Shown: in pieces, positions 9,465-17,417 of the stretch | How the letters are laid out: the number at the start of each line of letters is the position of its first letter | Numbering within the stretch: the first letter of the stretch is position 1 | Assembly (NCBI GenBank): GCA_038884755.1 | Contig: JAWABJ010000001.1 | Location: forward strand, 32,001 to 96,000 | Length of the DNA stretch: 64,000 nucleotides | Direction: 5' to 3' | From: Candidatus Norongarragalinales archaeon | GTDB lineage: Archaea > Micrarchaeota > Micrarchaeia > Norongarragalinales > Norongarragalinaceae | Notes under the pieces: generated by a model | What the model saw: the letters and a program-made list of their open reading frames with translations, nothing else | The model's database searches: none | What the model was told of the DNA's origin: nothing | Position numbers and translations under genes: made by a program

Positions 9465-10223
9465 TTGAGCGAGCACGAACGAAAGGCGCAGGACTTTTCC
9501 ATGCCCGTTTACGCGGCGATGGCGTTGTTGGTGCTGGTCTTGGCTTTCAACCAATATCAGCTTTCCACGCTTTCAAACCAGATATTGCTTTATTCAGCGC
9601 CGGCTTTGGGCGCAGGCGGCAGCGTCGGGCAGCAGCCCGCTTCTGGCGCAACCTCTGGTGCAAGCTTGCAGGCGGTTGTTGACCGCGTGATTCCCAAGGG
9701 AGTGCCGGACGTTTACGGTTCAGAGTTGGGTGTGAGTTACGACAAGCCCGTGGAAAGCCTGACGATTCTGGGAAAGCTTGACGGCGACTTGTATCCTGAC
9801 GGCACCCTCAAGTTTGCGGATTTGGATTCTGACGCGCAGCAGAGGTACGTTGCGCTGGGGAAAATGATTGCTTGCGAGTACTGTTGCGGTGCGACCGAAC
9901 TGGTTTTTTCTAACGGCCAGCCGGCTTGCGGCTGCCAGCACTCTGCAGCCATGCGCGGGCTTGCAAAGTATTTGCTTTTGAAACACCCCGACTTAGAAGA
10001 CAGTGCGATTCTTGAGGAGATGGCCAAGTGGAAGATACTGTTCTTCCCCAAGCAGCACATTTCGAAAGCGGTTTCCTTCGCTTCGTCCGGGATGGATTCG
10101 AACATAAACCCGACTGATTTGGCTTCCAACGAATTCCGGGGCTTCAAGGCCTCGTCTTCATCGCAGTCTCAGTCTTCATCCCAAAACATCGCAAACGCGC
10201 CCGACATGGTCGGAGGTTGCTGA
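9465..10223 (+). CDS. Membrane-anchored Cys-rich protein ending MVGGC
   Basis: TM; IACEYCCG...ACGCQHSAAMRG; Ser-rich linker; ANAPDMVGGC; start uncertain (9456/9465/9501). Confidence 0.8.
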   Translation: MSEHERKAQDFSMPVYAAMALLVLVLAFNQYQLSTLSNQILLYSAPALGAGGSVGQQPASGATSGASLQAVVDRVIPKGVPDVYGSELGVSYDKPVESLTILGKLDGDLYPDGTLKFADLDSDAQQRYVALGKMIACEYCCGATELVFSNGQPACGCQHSAAMRGLAKYLLLKHPDLEDSAILEEMAKWKILFFPKQHISKAVSFASSGMDSNINPTDLASNEFRGFKASSSSQSQSSSQNIANAPDMVGGC

Positions 10224-10224
10224 A

Positions 10225-10263
10225 ATGTACGGAAAAAAGAAAAAGAAAGGCGGCTGTTGCTGA
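10225..10263 (+). CDS. Putative 12-aa peptide MYGKKKKKGGCC
   Basis: ATG 1 nt after the upstream stop, GGAGGT 7 nt upstream, same GGC-type ending as both neighbours. Confidence 0.4.
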   Translation: MYGKKKKKGGCC

Positions 10264-10317
10264 TGGTTTTTTCTAAAAAGAAAAATCAAGTGAAGAAAAA
10301 ACAATGGAGGTGTTGCA

Positions 10318-10536
10318 ATGAACCAGCAGTTGGTTTTCGGAGTTTTGATAGGCGTTTTGGTAGTAGTGAGCGCGTTCCAAGCTGTGCAACTTTCGCAATT
10401 GAACGCGCAAGTGCAGTCCGGAATCGCGAAAAATTCTTTTGAACCCCGATCAGGCGGGAGCGCGCAACAATCCGGCGGAGACGTTCAGTTGCCCGCAGGA
10501 CTCGCCAACGCTCCAAACATGGTGGGCGGTTGCTGA
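10318..10536 (+). CDS. Small membrane-anchored protein ending MVGGC
   Basis: GGAGGTG RBS, TM, ANAPNMVGGC. Confidence 0.8.
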   Translation: MNQQLVFGVLIGVLVVVSAFQAVQLSQLNAQVQSGIAKNSFEPRSGGSAQQSGGDVQLPAGLANAPNMVGGC

Positions 10537-10585
10537 AGAAAATCCGCCCCCCCTCTTCACTCCCCAGTAAGGCCGCGTGTTGTTA

Positions 10586-11197
10586 ATGAAAATTTTGTTG
10601 TCTGCATTGTTTGCCTTGGTTGCGTTGGCCGTTTTAGGCAGTAGTCTTATTTCCGCCTACTCCCCGCAAAACGCCGTGATTTACAAGAACGAGGCTTGCG
10701 GTCACTGCTCTTCTTACATTTTGAGCCTATACAAATTCCTGGAATCTGCAGGAGTTAAGCAAATCGAAGTCAAGGATTTTTTGGGTGACGTACAGGCGCG
10801 GAGAGAGGTTGCAGAACTGCAAGAGCGTTTTGCAGTGCCTTTTGAAATGCAAGGGCACTTGCTTACAATCGTGGACGGAAAGTACTTGTTTGAAGGGCAC
10901 TTTCCCCTAGACGTGATGGACAAGTTTTTGCGCGAGGAAGCGCAGGACTATTCTTCGCTCGTGGTAACGCAGGATTCTATGGAGAAAGTAAGTTCTTACT
11001 TCCACCTCAAGGACGGAAATGTTTTGGAATGTCCAATAGCCCAACCCATCTCGGAATGCTCGCACAACAGACGACAGTCGCAATCGGGAGGATGGGATTT
11101 GCTTAAAGTGCGTGTTGGCGCCAACGCCGCTGTCTTGGGTTTGCTTGCTTTAGCGTTGGTGTTTCTGGTTTTGGTTTACGCGAAAGTGATAAAATGA
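10586..11197 (+). CDS. Exported thioredoxin-fold protein, DUF411/CopG-like, with C-terminal TM
   Basis: IYKNEACGHC ... VDGKYLFEGHFP resembles DUF411 YKxxxCGCC ... GYxxEGHVP. Confidence 0.7.
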   Translation: MKILLSALFALVALAVLGSSLISAYSPQNAVIYKNEACGHCSSYILSLYKFLESAGVKQIEVKDFLGDVQARREVAELQERFAVPFEMQGHLLTIVDGKYLFEGHFPLDVMDKFLREEAQDYSSLVVTQDSMEKVSSYFHLKDGNVLECPIAQPISECSHNRRQSQSGGWDLLKVRVGANAAVLGLLALALVFLVLVYAKVIK

Positions 11198-11868
11198 CCC
11201 TTGAATCCCTCCTTCCGCTCGTGGCAGTTTCAGGAGTAATTGATGGCTTGCACCCGTGCGGCTTTGCAGTGCTATTGTTTTTCATCGCGTTCCTTCTTTC
11301 GCTGGAGCACAAGCGCAAAAGCATTCTGCTCATGGGCGCCGCGTTCATTTTCGGGGTTTTCATCACTTATCTCTTGATAGGCTTGGGGATTTTGAAAGTC
11401 TTCACTTTCTTCACCCCGCACTTTATATCAAAAGTTGGCGCGCTGCTGGCAATACTAGTCGGATTAATCGACATTAAGGATGCGTTTGCAGGTACGAATA
11501 CCCTCACTATCCCTAAGTTTGCTTCTCCTCACATAAACAAGACAATTGAGAAAGCAACCATTCCCGCCGCGCTTGTCGCAGGATTGCTTGTAGGATTATG
11601 CGCGTTCCCGTGCGCAGGCGGGATTTATGTTGCGGTGTTGGGACTGTTGAACGCGCAGGCTACGGCGTTGGATGGCTTTGCGCTGCTTGTGCTTTACAAC
11701 CTGATGTTCGTCTTGCCTCTAGCGCTCGTCCTACTTTTCGCTTCAAACGCGAGCGTGATAGACGGGATAGAACGGTTCCAGCATAGGCACAAGAAGGCAT
11801 ACAAGCTTGCATTGGGGACGATAATGATCTTATTCGGGCTGCTGATTTTGTACGGCGGCTTCATGTAG
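11194..11868 (+). CDS. ccdA: CcdA/DsbD-type transmembrane disulfide interchange protein
   Basis: Six TMs, DGLHPCGF and AFPCAGGIY. Confidence 0.8.
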   Translation: MTLESLLPLVAVSGVIDGLHPCGFAVLLFFIAFLLSLEHKRKSILLMGAAFIFGVFITYLLIGLGILKVFTFFTPHFISKVGALLAILVGLIDIKDAFAGTNTLTIPKFASPHINKTIEKATIPAALVAGLLVGLCAFPCAGGIYVAVLGLLNAQATALDGFALLVLYNLMFVLPLALVLLFASNASVIDGIERFQHRHKKAYKLALGTIMILFGLLILYGGFM

Positions 11869-11892
11869 AAGGAGGAACCAATGTTCCTCCTT
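11869..11892 (+). terminator. Perfect 10-bp hairpin after ccdA (possible terminator)
   Basis: AAGGAGGAAC-CAAT-GTTCCTCCTT. Confidence 0.4.
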
Positions 11893-11925
11893 TCTAAACC
11901 TCTTCCTTAGGTGGGGGTGAATGGA

Positions 11926-12036
11926 ATGATTTGCAAGAAGTGCAAGAGGGTTTTTTACGACTGCTGCGGAATAAGCCCGGTCTGCGAAAAGTGCGCTAAG
12001 GGAATGAGCAAGTCGGAAATAGTCACGCTTCTCTAA
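11926..12036 (+). CDS. 36-aa Cys-rich microprotein
   Basis: MICKKCKRVFYDCCGISPVCEKCAKGMSKSEIVTLL with GGGGTGA RBS; below the ORF-track cutoff. Confidence 0.65.
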   Translation: MICKKCKRVFYDCCGISPVCEKCAKGMSKSEIVTLL

Positions 12037-12105
12037 ACGACGAGCAGTTCAAAAGCGCTTTAAACTTGAGCCTTCTTTTTAGTTTTGTGGGGAGGAGTTG
12101 GTAGA

Positions 12106-12858
12106 ATGTCTAGGCTTAGCGGTAAGGTTGCCGTGGTTACGGGAGGAAGCAAGGGCATCGGCGAAGGTATAGCCCGCGTTTTCGCGAAGGAAGGCGCGAA
12201 AGTCTGCATTGCGGACGTAGATTTTTCTAACGCGAAGAAAGTCGCGTCCTCCATAGGCGCGAATGCGCTTGCAGTAGCGTGCGACGTTTCAAAAATGGCA
12301 GACGCGAAAGAGGCCGTCGCGGCGACGGTCAAAAAATTCGGCAAGCTGGATGTTCTAGTGAACAACGCCGGAATATACCCTTTCAAAAACTTTCTCGATT
12401 ATTCCGACGGCGAAGACGATTGGGAAAAGACCATGGCTGTAAACCTCGACGGCGTGAAAAACTGCACGTTGGTTGCGGCTAGGCAGATGAAAAAGCAAGG
12501 CAGAGGGGGGCGGATAATAACCATTTCCAGCATCGCCGGGTTGAAAGGATATCGAGGTCTGGTTCACTATTGCGCAACCAAAGCGGGAGTGCTTGGGTTC
12601 ACGCGGGCGTTGGCTTTGGAACTGGCGCCTTTGAAAATCAACGTTAATGCAGTCTGTCCCGGGCTTATCGACACGCCGGGAGTGAGAGCTTTGGGGATGA
12701 CCAATGAAGTTGTTAACGCAACAGCCAAAGCCATTCCAGTGCAGCGCCCGGGAAAACCCGACGATATAGCGTGGGCGTGTGTGTATTTGGCGAGCGAGGA
12801 AAGCAGTTTCGTCACCGGTCAGGCGATAGTCGTGGACGGCGGCGATGTTGTAAAATAA
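12106..12858 (+). CDS. SDR-family NAD(P)-dependent oxidoreductase (FabG-like)
   Basis: TGGSKGIG, NNAG, YCATK, NAVCPG. Confidence 0.95.
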   Translation: MSRLSGKVAVVTGGSKGIGEGIARVFAKEGAKVCIADVDFSNAKKVASSIGANALAVACDVSKMADAKEAVAATVKKFGKLDVLVNNAGIYPFKNFLDYSDGEDDWEKTMAVNLDGVKNCTLVAARQMKKQGRGGRIITISSIAGLKGYRGLVHYCATKAGVLGFTRALALELAPLKINVNAVCPGLIDTPGVRALGMTNEVVNATAKAIPVQRPGKPDDIAWACVYLASEESSFVTGQAIVVDGGDVVK

Positions 12859-12877
12859 AAAGAAGGAGGAGTGTAAA

Positions 12878-13105
12878 ATGGAATTTTCGAAAGCGATGGC
12901 GTTGAGGTGCACGCTGGTTTTGGGAGTTGCGGGAATGTTGTTTTCCGGTTATTTGAGCTTTGGGGAGCTTTTCGGAGTGGGCGCGGGCGGCTCTTGCCCC
13001 GCCGCGTCTGCGGCGATTTTGGGCGTTCCCACCTGCGTGTACGGCTTCGTGATGTACGCCATAATCACGATAGTTTCCTTGGCAGGACTGACCGCGAGAG
13101 AGTGA
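12878..13105 (+). CDS. Small membrane protein resembling the N-terminal half of VKOR
   Basis: GMLFSGYLS...SC...ILGVPTCVYG. Confidence 0.6.
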   Translation: MEFSKAMALRCTLVLGVAGMLFSGYLSFGELFGVGAGGSCPAASAAILGVPTCVYGFVMYAIITIVSLAGLTARE

Positions 13106-13148
13106 ATCTGAAGCAAGGGCTATTAATTCGCGGTGCGCATTTTCTTGC

Positions 13149-14183
13149 ATGAAACTGGTTTATCGCGAAGAGGAAAAGCTGAAGCTCGTCCCGCAGTCCC
13201 TAGAGGACTTGTGGTACTTGACGAAAGTGGTTAGCGCAGGCGATGTCGTTGAAGGGTATTCCTTCCGCAGTTTCAAGGCAGAAGGCAGGAACAGGCCTGT
13301 TACTGCCGAGAAAAAGAAGGTAAAACTTGAACTGCGTTTAGACAACGTGGAGTTTGCCGAGAGCGTGAACAAGCTTCGTTTGACTGGCGTGATACTTTCA
13401 GGAAGCCCGGAGGAGTACGTTTCTTTCGGCGAGCACCATACGCTTGACGTTGAGTTGGGCGAAAGCTTCGTTTTGAAAAAACGCTTGAGCACGCTCGAGG
13501 AAAGTTTTTTACAGGAGGCATTGAAGCGCACTGCAAGAACGAAAATAACGGTCGTGGTGATGGACGAGCATTCCGCTCGACTGGCACGCATAGACGCGCG
13601 GGGCGTCAAGTTTTCAGCGGAAATTGACAACAAGGCAAACAAGCGCGATCCAAAGAACTTCGATTCCCTGCAGGCTTCGTTTTTCCTGGAACTGGCGAAA
13701 GCGATAGAAAACGAGGATACCGTTGTAATCGCCGGCCCGGGTTTTGCACGCGACAATTTCAAGAAGTTTTTGGAAGGGAAAAAACCCGAATTGCTGAAGA
13801 AAGCGCATTTCGAGCACTGCTCCACGGCAGAGCAAAGCGGGGTGTTTGAGTTGCTGAAAAACAGGGTTTTGGACAAGGTCATGAAAAACCAGCGCATTGC
13901 AATGGAATTTGCCTTGCTTGAAGAGTTGAAGATGCATATCTCCAAAAACGACGGGTTGGTGGAATACGGGGTGGAGAACGTAAACCAGGCGGTGGATTAC
14001 AATGCAGTAGAAAAAGTAATGGTTTTGGATGAATTGGTGCGAAAAGACGCGAAAGCCAACGCGCTTGTGGAAAAGGCGAGGGAAAAAGGGGCGGAAATGG
14101 TGATTTTCGATTCGAACGACAACGCAGGGCGAGAGTTCGAGGCTTTTAAGATAGCGGCTTTGCTGCGCTTTAAAATACGTTAG
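13149..14183 (+). CDS. pelA: mRNA surveillance protein pelota
   Basis: EDLWYL, LRLTGVI, GEHHTL, AGPGF, AALLRF. Confidence 0.95.
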   Translation: MKLVYREEEKLKLVPQSLEDLWYLTKVVSAGDVVEGYSFRSFKAEGRNRPVTAEKKKVKLELRLDNVEFAESVNKLRLTGVILSGSPEEYVSFGEHHTLDVELGESFVLKKRLSTLEESFLQEALKRTARTKITVVVMDEHSARLARIDARGVKFSAEIDNKANKRDPKNFDSLQASFFLELAKAIENEDTVVIAGPGFARDNFKKFLEGKKPELLKKAHFEHCSTAEQSGVFELLKNRVLDKVMKNQRIAMEFALLEELKMHISKNDGLVEYGVENVNQAVDYNAVEKVMVLDELVRKDAKANALVEKAREKGAEMVIFDSNDNAGREFEAFKIAALLRFKIR

Positions 14184-14185
14184 AA

Positions 14186-14374
14186 CTAGATTATGAATTC
14201 GTGGTCTTCACTCCTGGCTTCTCGCCTCGGGGTGGTGTGGTGGTGGAAAACCGCGATTATTACCGCTGTCAATGCTATCAAGACGATGTTTGCCGTAAGC
14301 AGGCTGAAGCCGAAAATCACGGCCAAGCCGAAAACTTCCACGCTTTCTACGTTCCACGGGTTCGCATATTCCAT
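14186..14374 (-). CDS. Small membrane protein
   Basis: 62 aa, hydrophobic hairpin, HHH tail, AAGGAGGT RBS. Confidence 0.6.
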   Translation of the reverse strand: MEYANPWNVESVEVFGLAVIFGFSLLTANIVLIALTAVIIAVFHHHTTPRREARSEDHEFII

Positions 14375-14686
14375 TTTTCTCCAACCTCCTTGGGGCGTTG
14401 GTTGGAGAAGAGGCGCCTCCTTGGGGTTACGTGTTTTTTATAAATATCAAGGCGCCCTTCCCACGCTTTTTTCCGTCTTCTTTTTTCGCCACCTCCTATG
14501 AAACGTTCAAACGCCGCATATTTATATATTTTTCCTTTTACCGAATTTCTGTATAAAATTATACTTATGCTGATATTTTATAATTTTTTGTATTTTTTAC
14601 GCTATCCCATCAGATTTTTATAGTGGGTTTTGCATAGTGTTGTTGGTGGCTGTTGTTTTTAGCTGTTAGCACGGAGAGGAACTGCT

Positions 14687-15373
14687 TTGGATTATTCTGT
14701 TTCAGACGCTGTTTCGGAAGTGCTTTCGGAAATGCATTTTCTCCGCTTTTCGCTGCAGGAAGATTTGCTTAACTACTCCGCTTTGGCGCGTTTCCTCCAG
14801 CCTTTCGTGGAGGCGAAAGTGGGCGGGGAGGCTGGTCAGGATGCCATAGTCCTTGCAGTAAAGAAATACCGCGAGTCTTTGCCCAAGGACGCTTTTCACG
14901 TGTTCAAAATCCTGGCGCAAACGAAAATTTTCCTTAGGACGGGAATGAGTTTGATTCACTTTTCTCGCACGTACGCGTTGCACAAGAAGCTCATTGACTT
15001 CCAGCACAACATAGACTGGGCTTCGGGTGAGAAGATGTACCTGCTGCAGCGGAGCGAGGAGATTTCGGTCGTTGCGCTTTCGAAATACGAGCGGGATTTG
15101 CTGGCGTTAGGAAAGGGACAGGTTTTGAAGGATTATTCCAACCTGGCGCTCGTGACCGTGCACCTTCCGAAAGAACAGTTCGATTCTTTCGGAGTGCTGG
15201 AGTACCTGGCGAGGCAGTTCAGCGACTTGGGCGTGAGCATAAAAGAGGTTTTTTCTTCGCACGACAAGGTTTCCTTCCTTTTCGAGGGAAGCAAGGCTTC
15301 GCAAGTGTATGAAAAGCTGAGCAACGCGGTCAAGGCGAGCCGCGAGTTCGTTGCCGAAAAGGCGAAAGGCTGA
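14687..15373 (+). CDS. Archaeal ACT-domain-containing protein
   Basis: LLNYSALAR N-terminus; C-terminal GVLEYLARQFSDLGVSIKEVFSSH. Confidence 0.8.
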   Translation: MDYSVSDAVSEVLSEMHFLRFSLQEDLLNYSALARFLQPFVEAKVGGEAGQDAIVLAVKKYRESLPKDAFHVFKILAQTKIFLRTGMSLIHFSRTYALHKKLIDFQHNIDWASGEKMYLLQRSEEISVVALSKYERDLLALGKGQVLKDYSNLALVTVHLPKEQFDSFGVLEYLARQFSDLGVSIKEVFSSHDKVSFLFEGSKASQVYEKLSNAVKASREFVAEKAKG

Positions 15374-15375
15374 AT

Positions 15376-16605
15376 TCAGTATTTCACGACTATTTTTTCG
15401 CCAAGGCTGGCGATGTTGCGCATGCTCAAGTCGATTTTCTGGCCAGATGTTGTCTTCACTATGAACGTCTCGTTCTTCTTGCTTATGCCGACTATCGTTC
15501 CGACCAGCCCGCCAAATTCCGTGTAAACGCTTTTGCCTTCCAAATTCATTTTAGAGAACAAGTCGTGCTTGAACTCCCTGGCAAGGTAGGCGACGAGATA
15601 CATAGCAGCAACACCGAGCAAGAGTGAGTAGAAGAAGTTTTCGAAAGACAGCGTTCCGATGACCCAGTCGGCAGCGTTAGTGAAAATGAGCCAGAACACG
15701 AGCACTCCCGCCGTTTGTATCAAATACTCTGGGAGAAAGTGGTTTTTATTTTCCGACAGCGCTTGCAGGACTTCCCCGACTATGATGAGGAGGACTGCGA
15801 CTGGCAGCAGCAAAAGCAGGTCTTTGAAAAACCAGGCGATTATTTTCGCAGTGCTTAAGGCTGCTCCGGCGTATTGCAGAGTAAAGACCCTGTTGAACGC
15901 CATCCACAGGGAAGCGACAAAAAAGGGTACGGACGCGAAATAAAAAATGAAGCTCACGTTTTCGAACGAAATGCGGAAGTTGGACAGCGCGTTGAACGCC
16001 CTTTCCTCTACTCCCAGCGCGCGCATTATCAAATACCCGCCGAGCAGTCCTATGAACAGGCGCGCGCCGAAGAATTCCGCCAGCGCGAAGAACAGCAGCG
16101 CTAGGCCCGGTATGCCGAAGACTATACGCGCGGTGTGCGGTTCCTTGAGCTTTTCTAGGACTGCAAAGTAAGTGGATTCGAGCTCTTTCGTCTGCTTTAC
16201 CGTAACCGTCTTTACGCTGTTGACTTTCACTCGCGAATTTATGAGTGGAATCGTCTGCTCGTCGGTCGCGCCGTCGCTTACGAACACGCACGCGTCGGGG
16301 GAAAGGTCGTCGATTATCTTTTCAAGCTGTTTCACCACTTCAGTGTGCGCGTGATATCCCCCGCGCGTGTCTCCGCTAATGGTGGCGATGAAAACGTTTT
16401 TCGCCTCTTCGCCCAGCTCGTCGTAAAGCTTGACTGCCGCGAAAATCGTGTTTACGTCCGAGTCTTCAGGGTCGGCTATGCCTAGCGCGTCGGCCGCGTA
16501 GATGTTTTCCTTGCGCCCTACGACCGGGCCTTTGATTTTCGCTTTAACGCCCAAGTCGTTGTCGACGTCCACGCACAACACGAGCAATCGCTTTGGTTTG
16601 GCCAT
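15376..16605 (-). CDS. DUF373-family membrane protein with C-terminal PRC-barrel-like domain
   Basis: LLVLCVDVDNDLG, DPEDSDVN, VSDGATDE, VKQTKELESTY. Confidence 0.88.
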   Translation of the reverse strand: MAKPKRLLVLCVDVDNDLGVKAKIKGPVVGRKENIYAADALGIADPEDSDVNTIFAAVKLYDELGEEAKNVFIATISGDTRGGYHAHTEVVKQLEKIIDDLSPDACVFVSDGATDEQTIPLINSRVKVNSVKTVTVKQTKELESTYFAVLEKLKEPHTARIVFGIPGLALLFFALAEFFGARLFIGLLGGYLIMRALGVEERAFNALSNFRISFENVSFIFYFASVPFFVASLWMAFNRVFTLQYAGAALSTAKIIAWFFKDLLLLLPVAVLLIIVGEVLQALSENKNHFLPEYLIQTAGVLVFWLIFTNAADWVIGTLSFENFFYSLLLGVAAMYLVAYLAREFKHDLFSKMNLEGKSVYTEFGGLVGTIVGISKKNETFIVKTTSGQKIDLSMRNIASLGEKIVVKY

Positions 16606-16661
16606 TCTAACCCCTCTAGAACATAATTCGTGAAAGGCGTATTTAAGCGTCTTTCTTGCAC

Positions 16662-17417
16662 TCAGGCAGTTTCGCAGTTGCCGGGCAGCACTGCGAAAAG
16701 CCCGTCGCTTTTCCTGAGCGAAAGCTTGCCTTTCAGGATTGGAAATAGTTCTTCCTTTTTTTTCCCGCCGGGCACCAGGAAAACGAACCCCTTCTTTTGG
16801 GCTGCCGCAAGCGCCGGCAGAGCTATGAGTTCCCCGCCTTGCGTTCCCACTGCGATTTCCAGCCGCATGTTCTTGAACCACTTCCTTTCCCCCGAAATCA
16901 GGAACGCGCCTTTGCCAACGAACTCGCCGTGCGAGTGTTTCGAAACTTGCTCTTTGCTAACGCAGTAAACGTCCGCAACCCCGCTTCCGAGCTTCCACGC
17001 GTTCGAATAGCAGGCGGCGAATTGAGCCGCTTCGCGTAAGTCTTGTTCCTTTGCTTTCGTCCCTTCTTTCAGTACGACCGCACTAGCGCCGTGGACGTCC
17101 GCATGGAAGAACAAGTCGCCTTCCTTCAGTTGCGAGGCGACGAGCGTGTCGTTTTGCTTCGCGTTCTTGCCTCCGACGCACAAGAAGCCGTTTGTCGTGG
17201 TGAAAAACCGGTATTCGTGAAACCATTTTTTCCTTTCCCTGCCCGAAGTTTGTTTTTTGGTTTCTTCCGTTTTGGTTTGTGCAAAAGCGATTTTGCGTTT
17301 TGTCTCTTCAATCGCTTTTCTTGCGCCTTCTGCCTTCCGGCGGAATTTCTTGGCTTCTTCGAAAAGCGCTTGCGCGTTTTGCATCGCGCTCTTGCGCACG
17401 TCGAGCGTTATTTTCAT
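16662..17417 (-). CDS. NFACT RNA-binding-domain protein (short Rqc2/NEMF homologue)
   Basis: WFHEYR, GGKNAKQND, FFHADVHGAS, QVSK, GAFLISGER. Confidence 0.9.
   Translation of the reverse strand: MKITLDVRKSAMQNAQALFEEAKKFRRKAEGARKAIEETKRKIAFAQTKTEETKKQTSGRERKKWFHEYRFFTTTNGFLCVGGKNAKQNDTLVASQLKEGDLFFHADVHGASAVVLKEGTKAKEQDLREAAQFAACYSNAWKLGSGVADVYCVSKEQVSKHSHGEFVGKGAFLISGERKWFKNMRLEIAVGTQGGELIALPALAAAQKKGFVFLVPGGKKKEELFPILKGKLSLRKSDGLFAVLPGNCETA

Noticed and set aside
10218..10536. Selenocysteine read-through at the three TGC-TGA endings
   Set aside because: Read-through frames share no similarity, no SECIS-like element was recognised, and no Sec machinery is in the window
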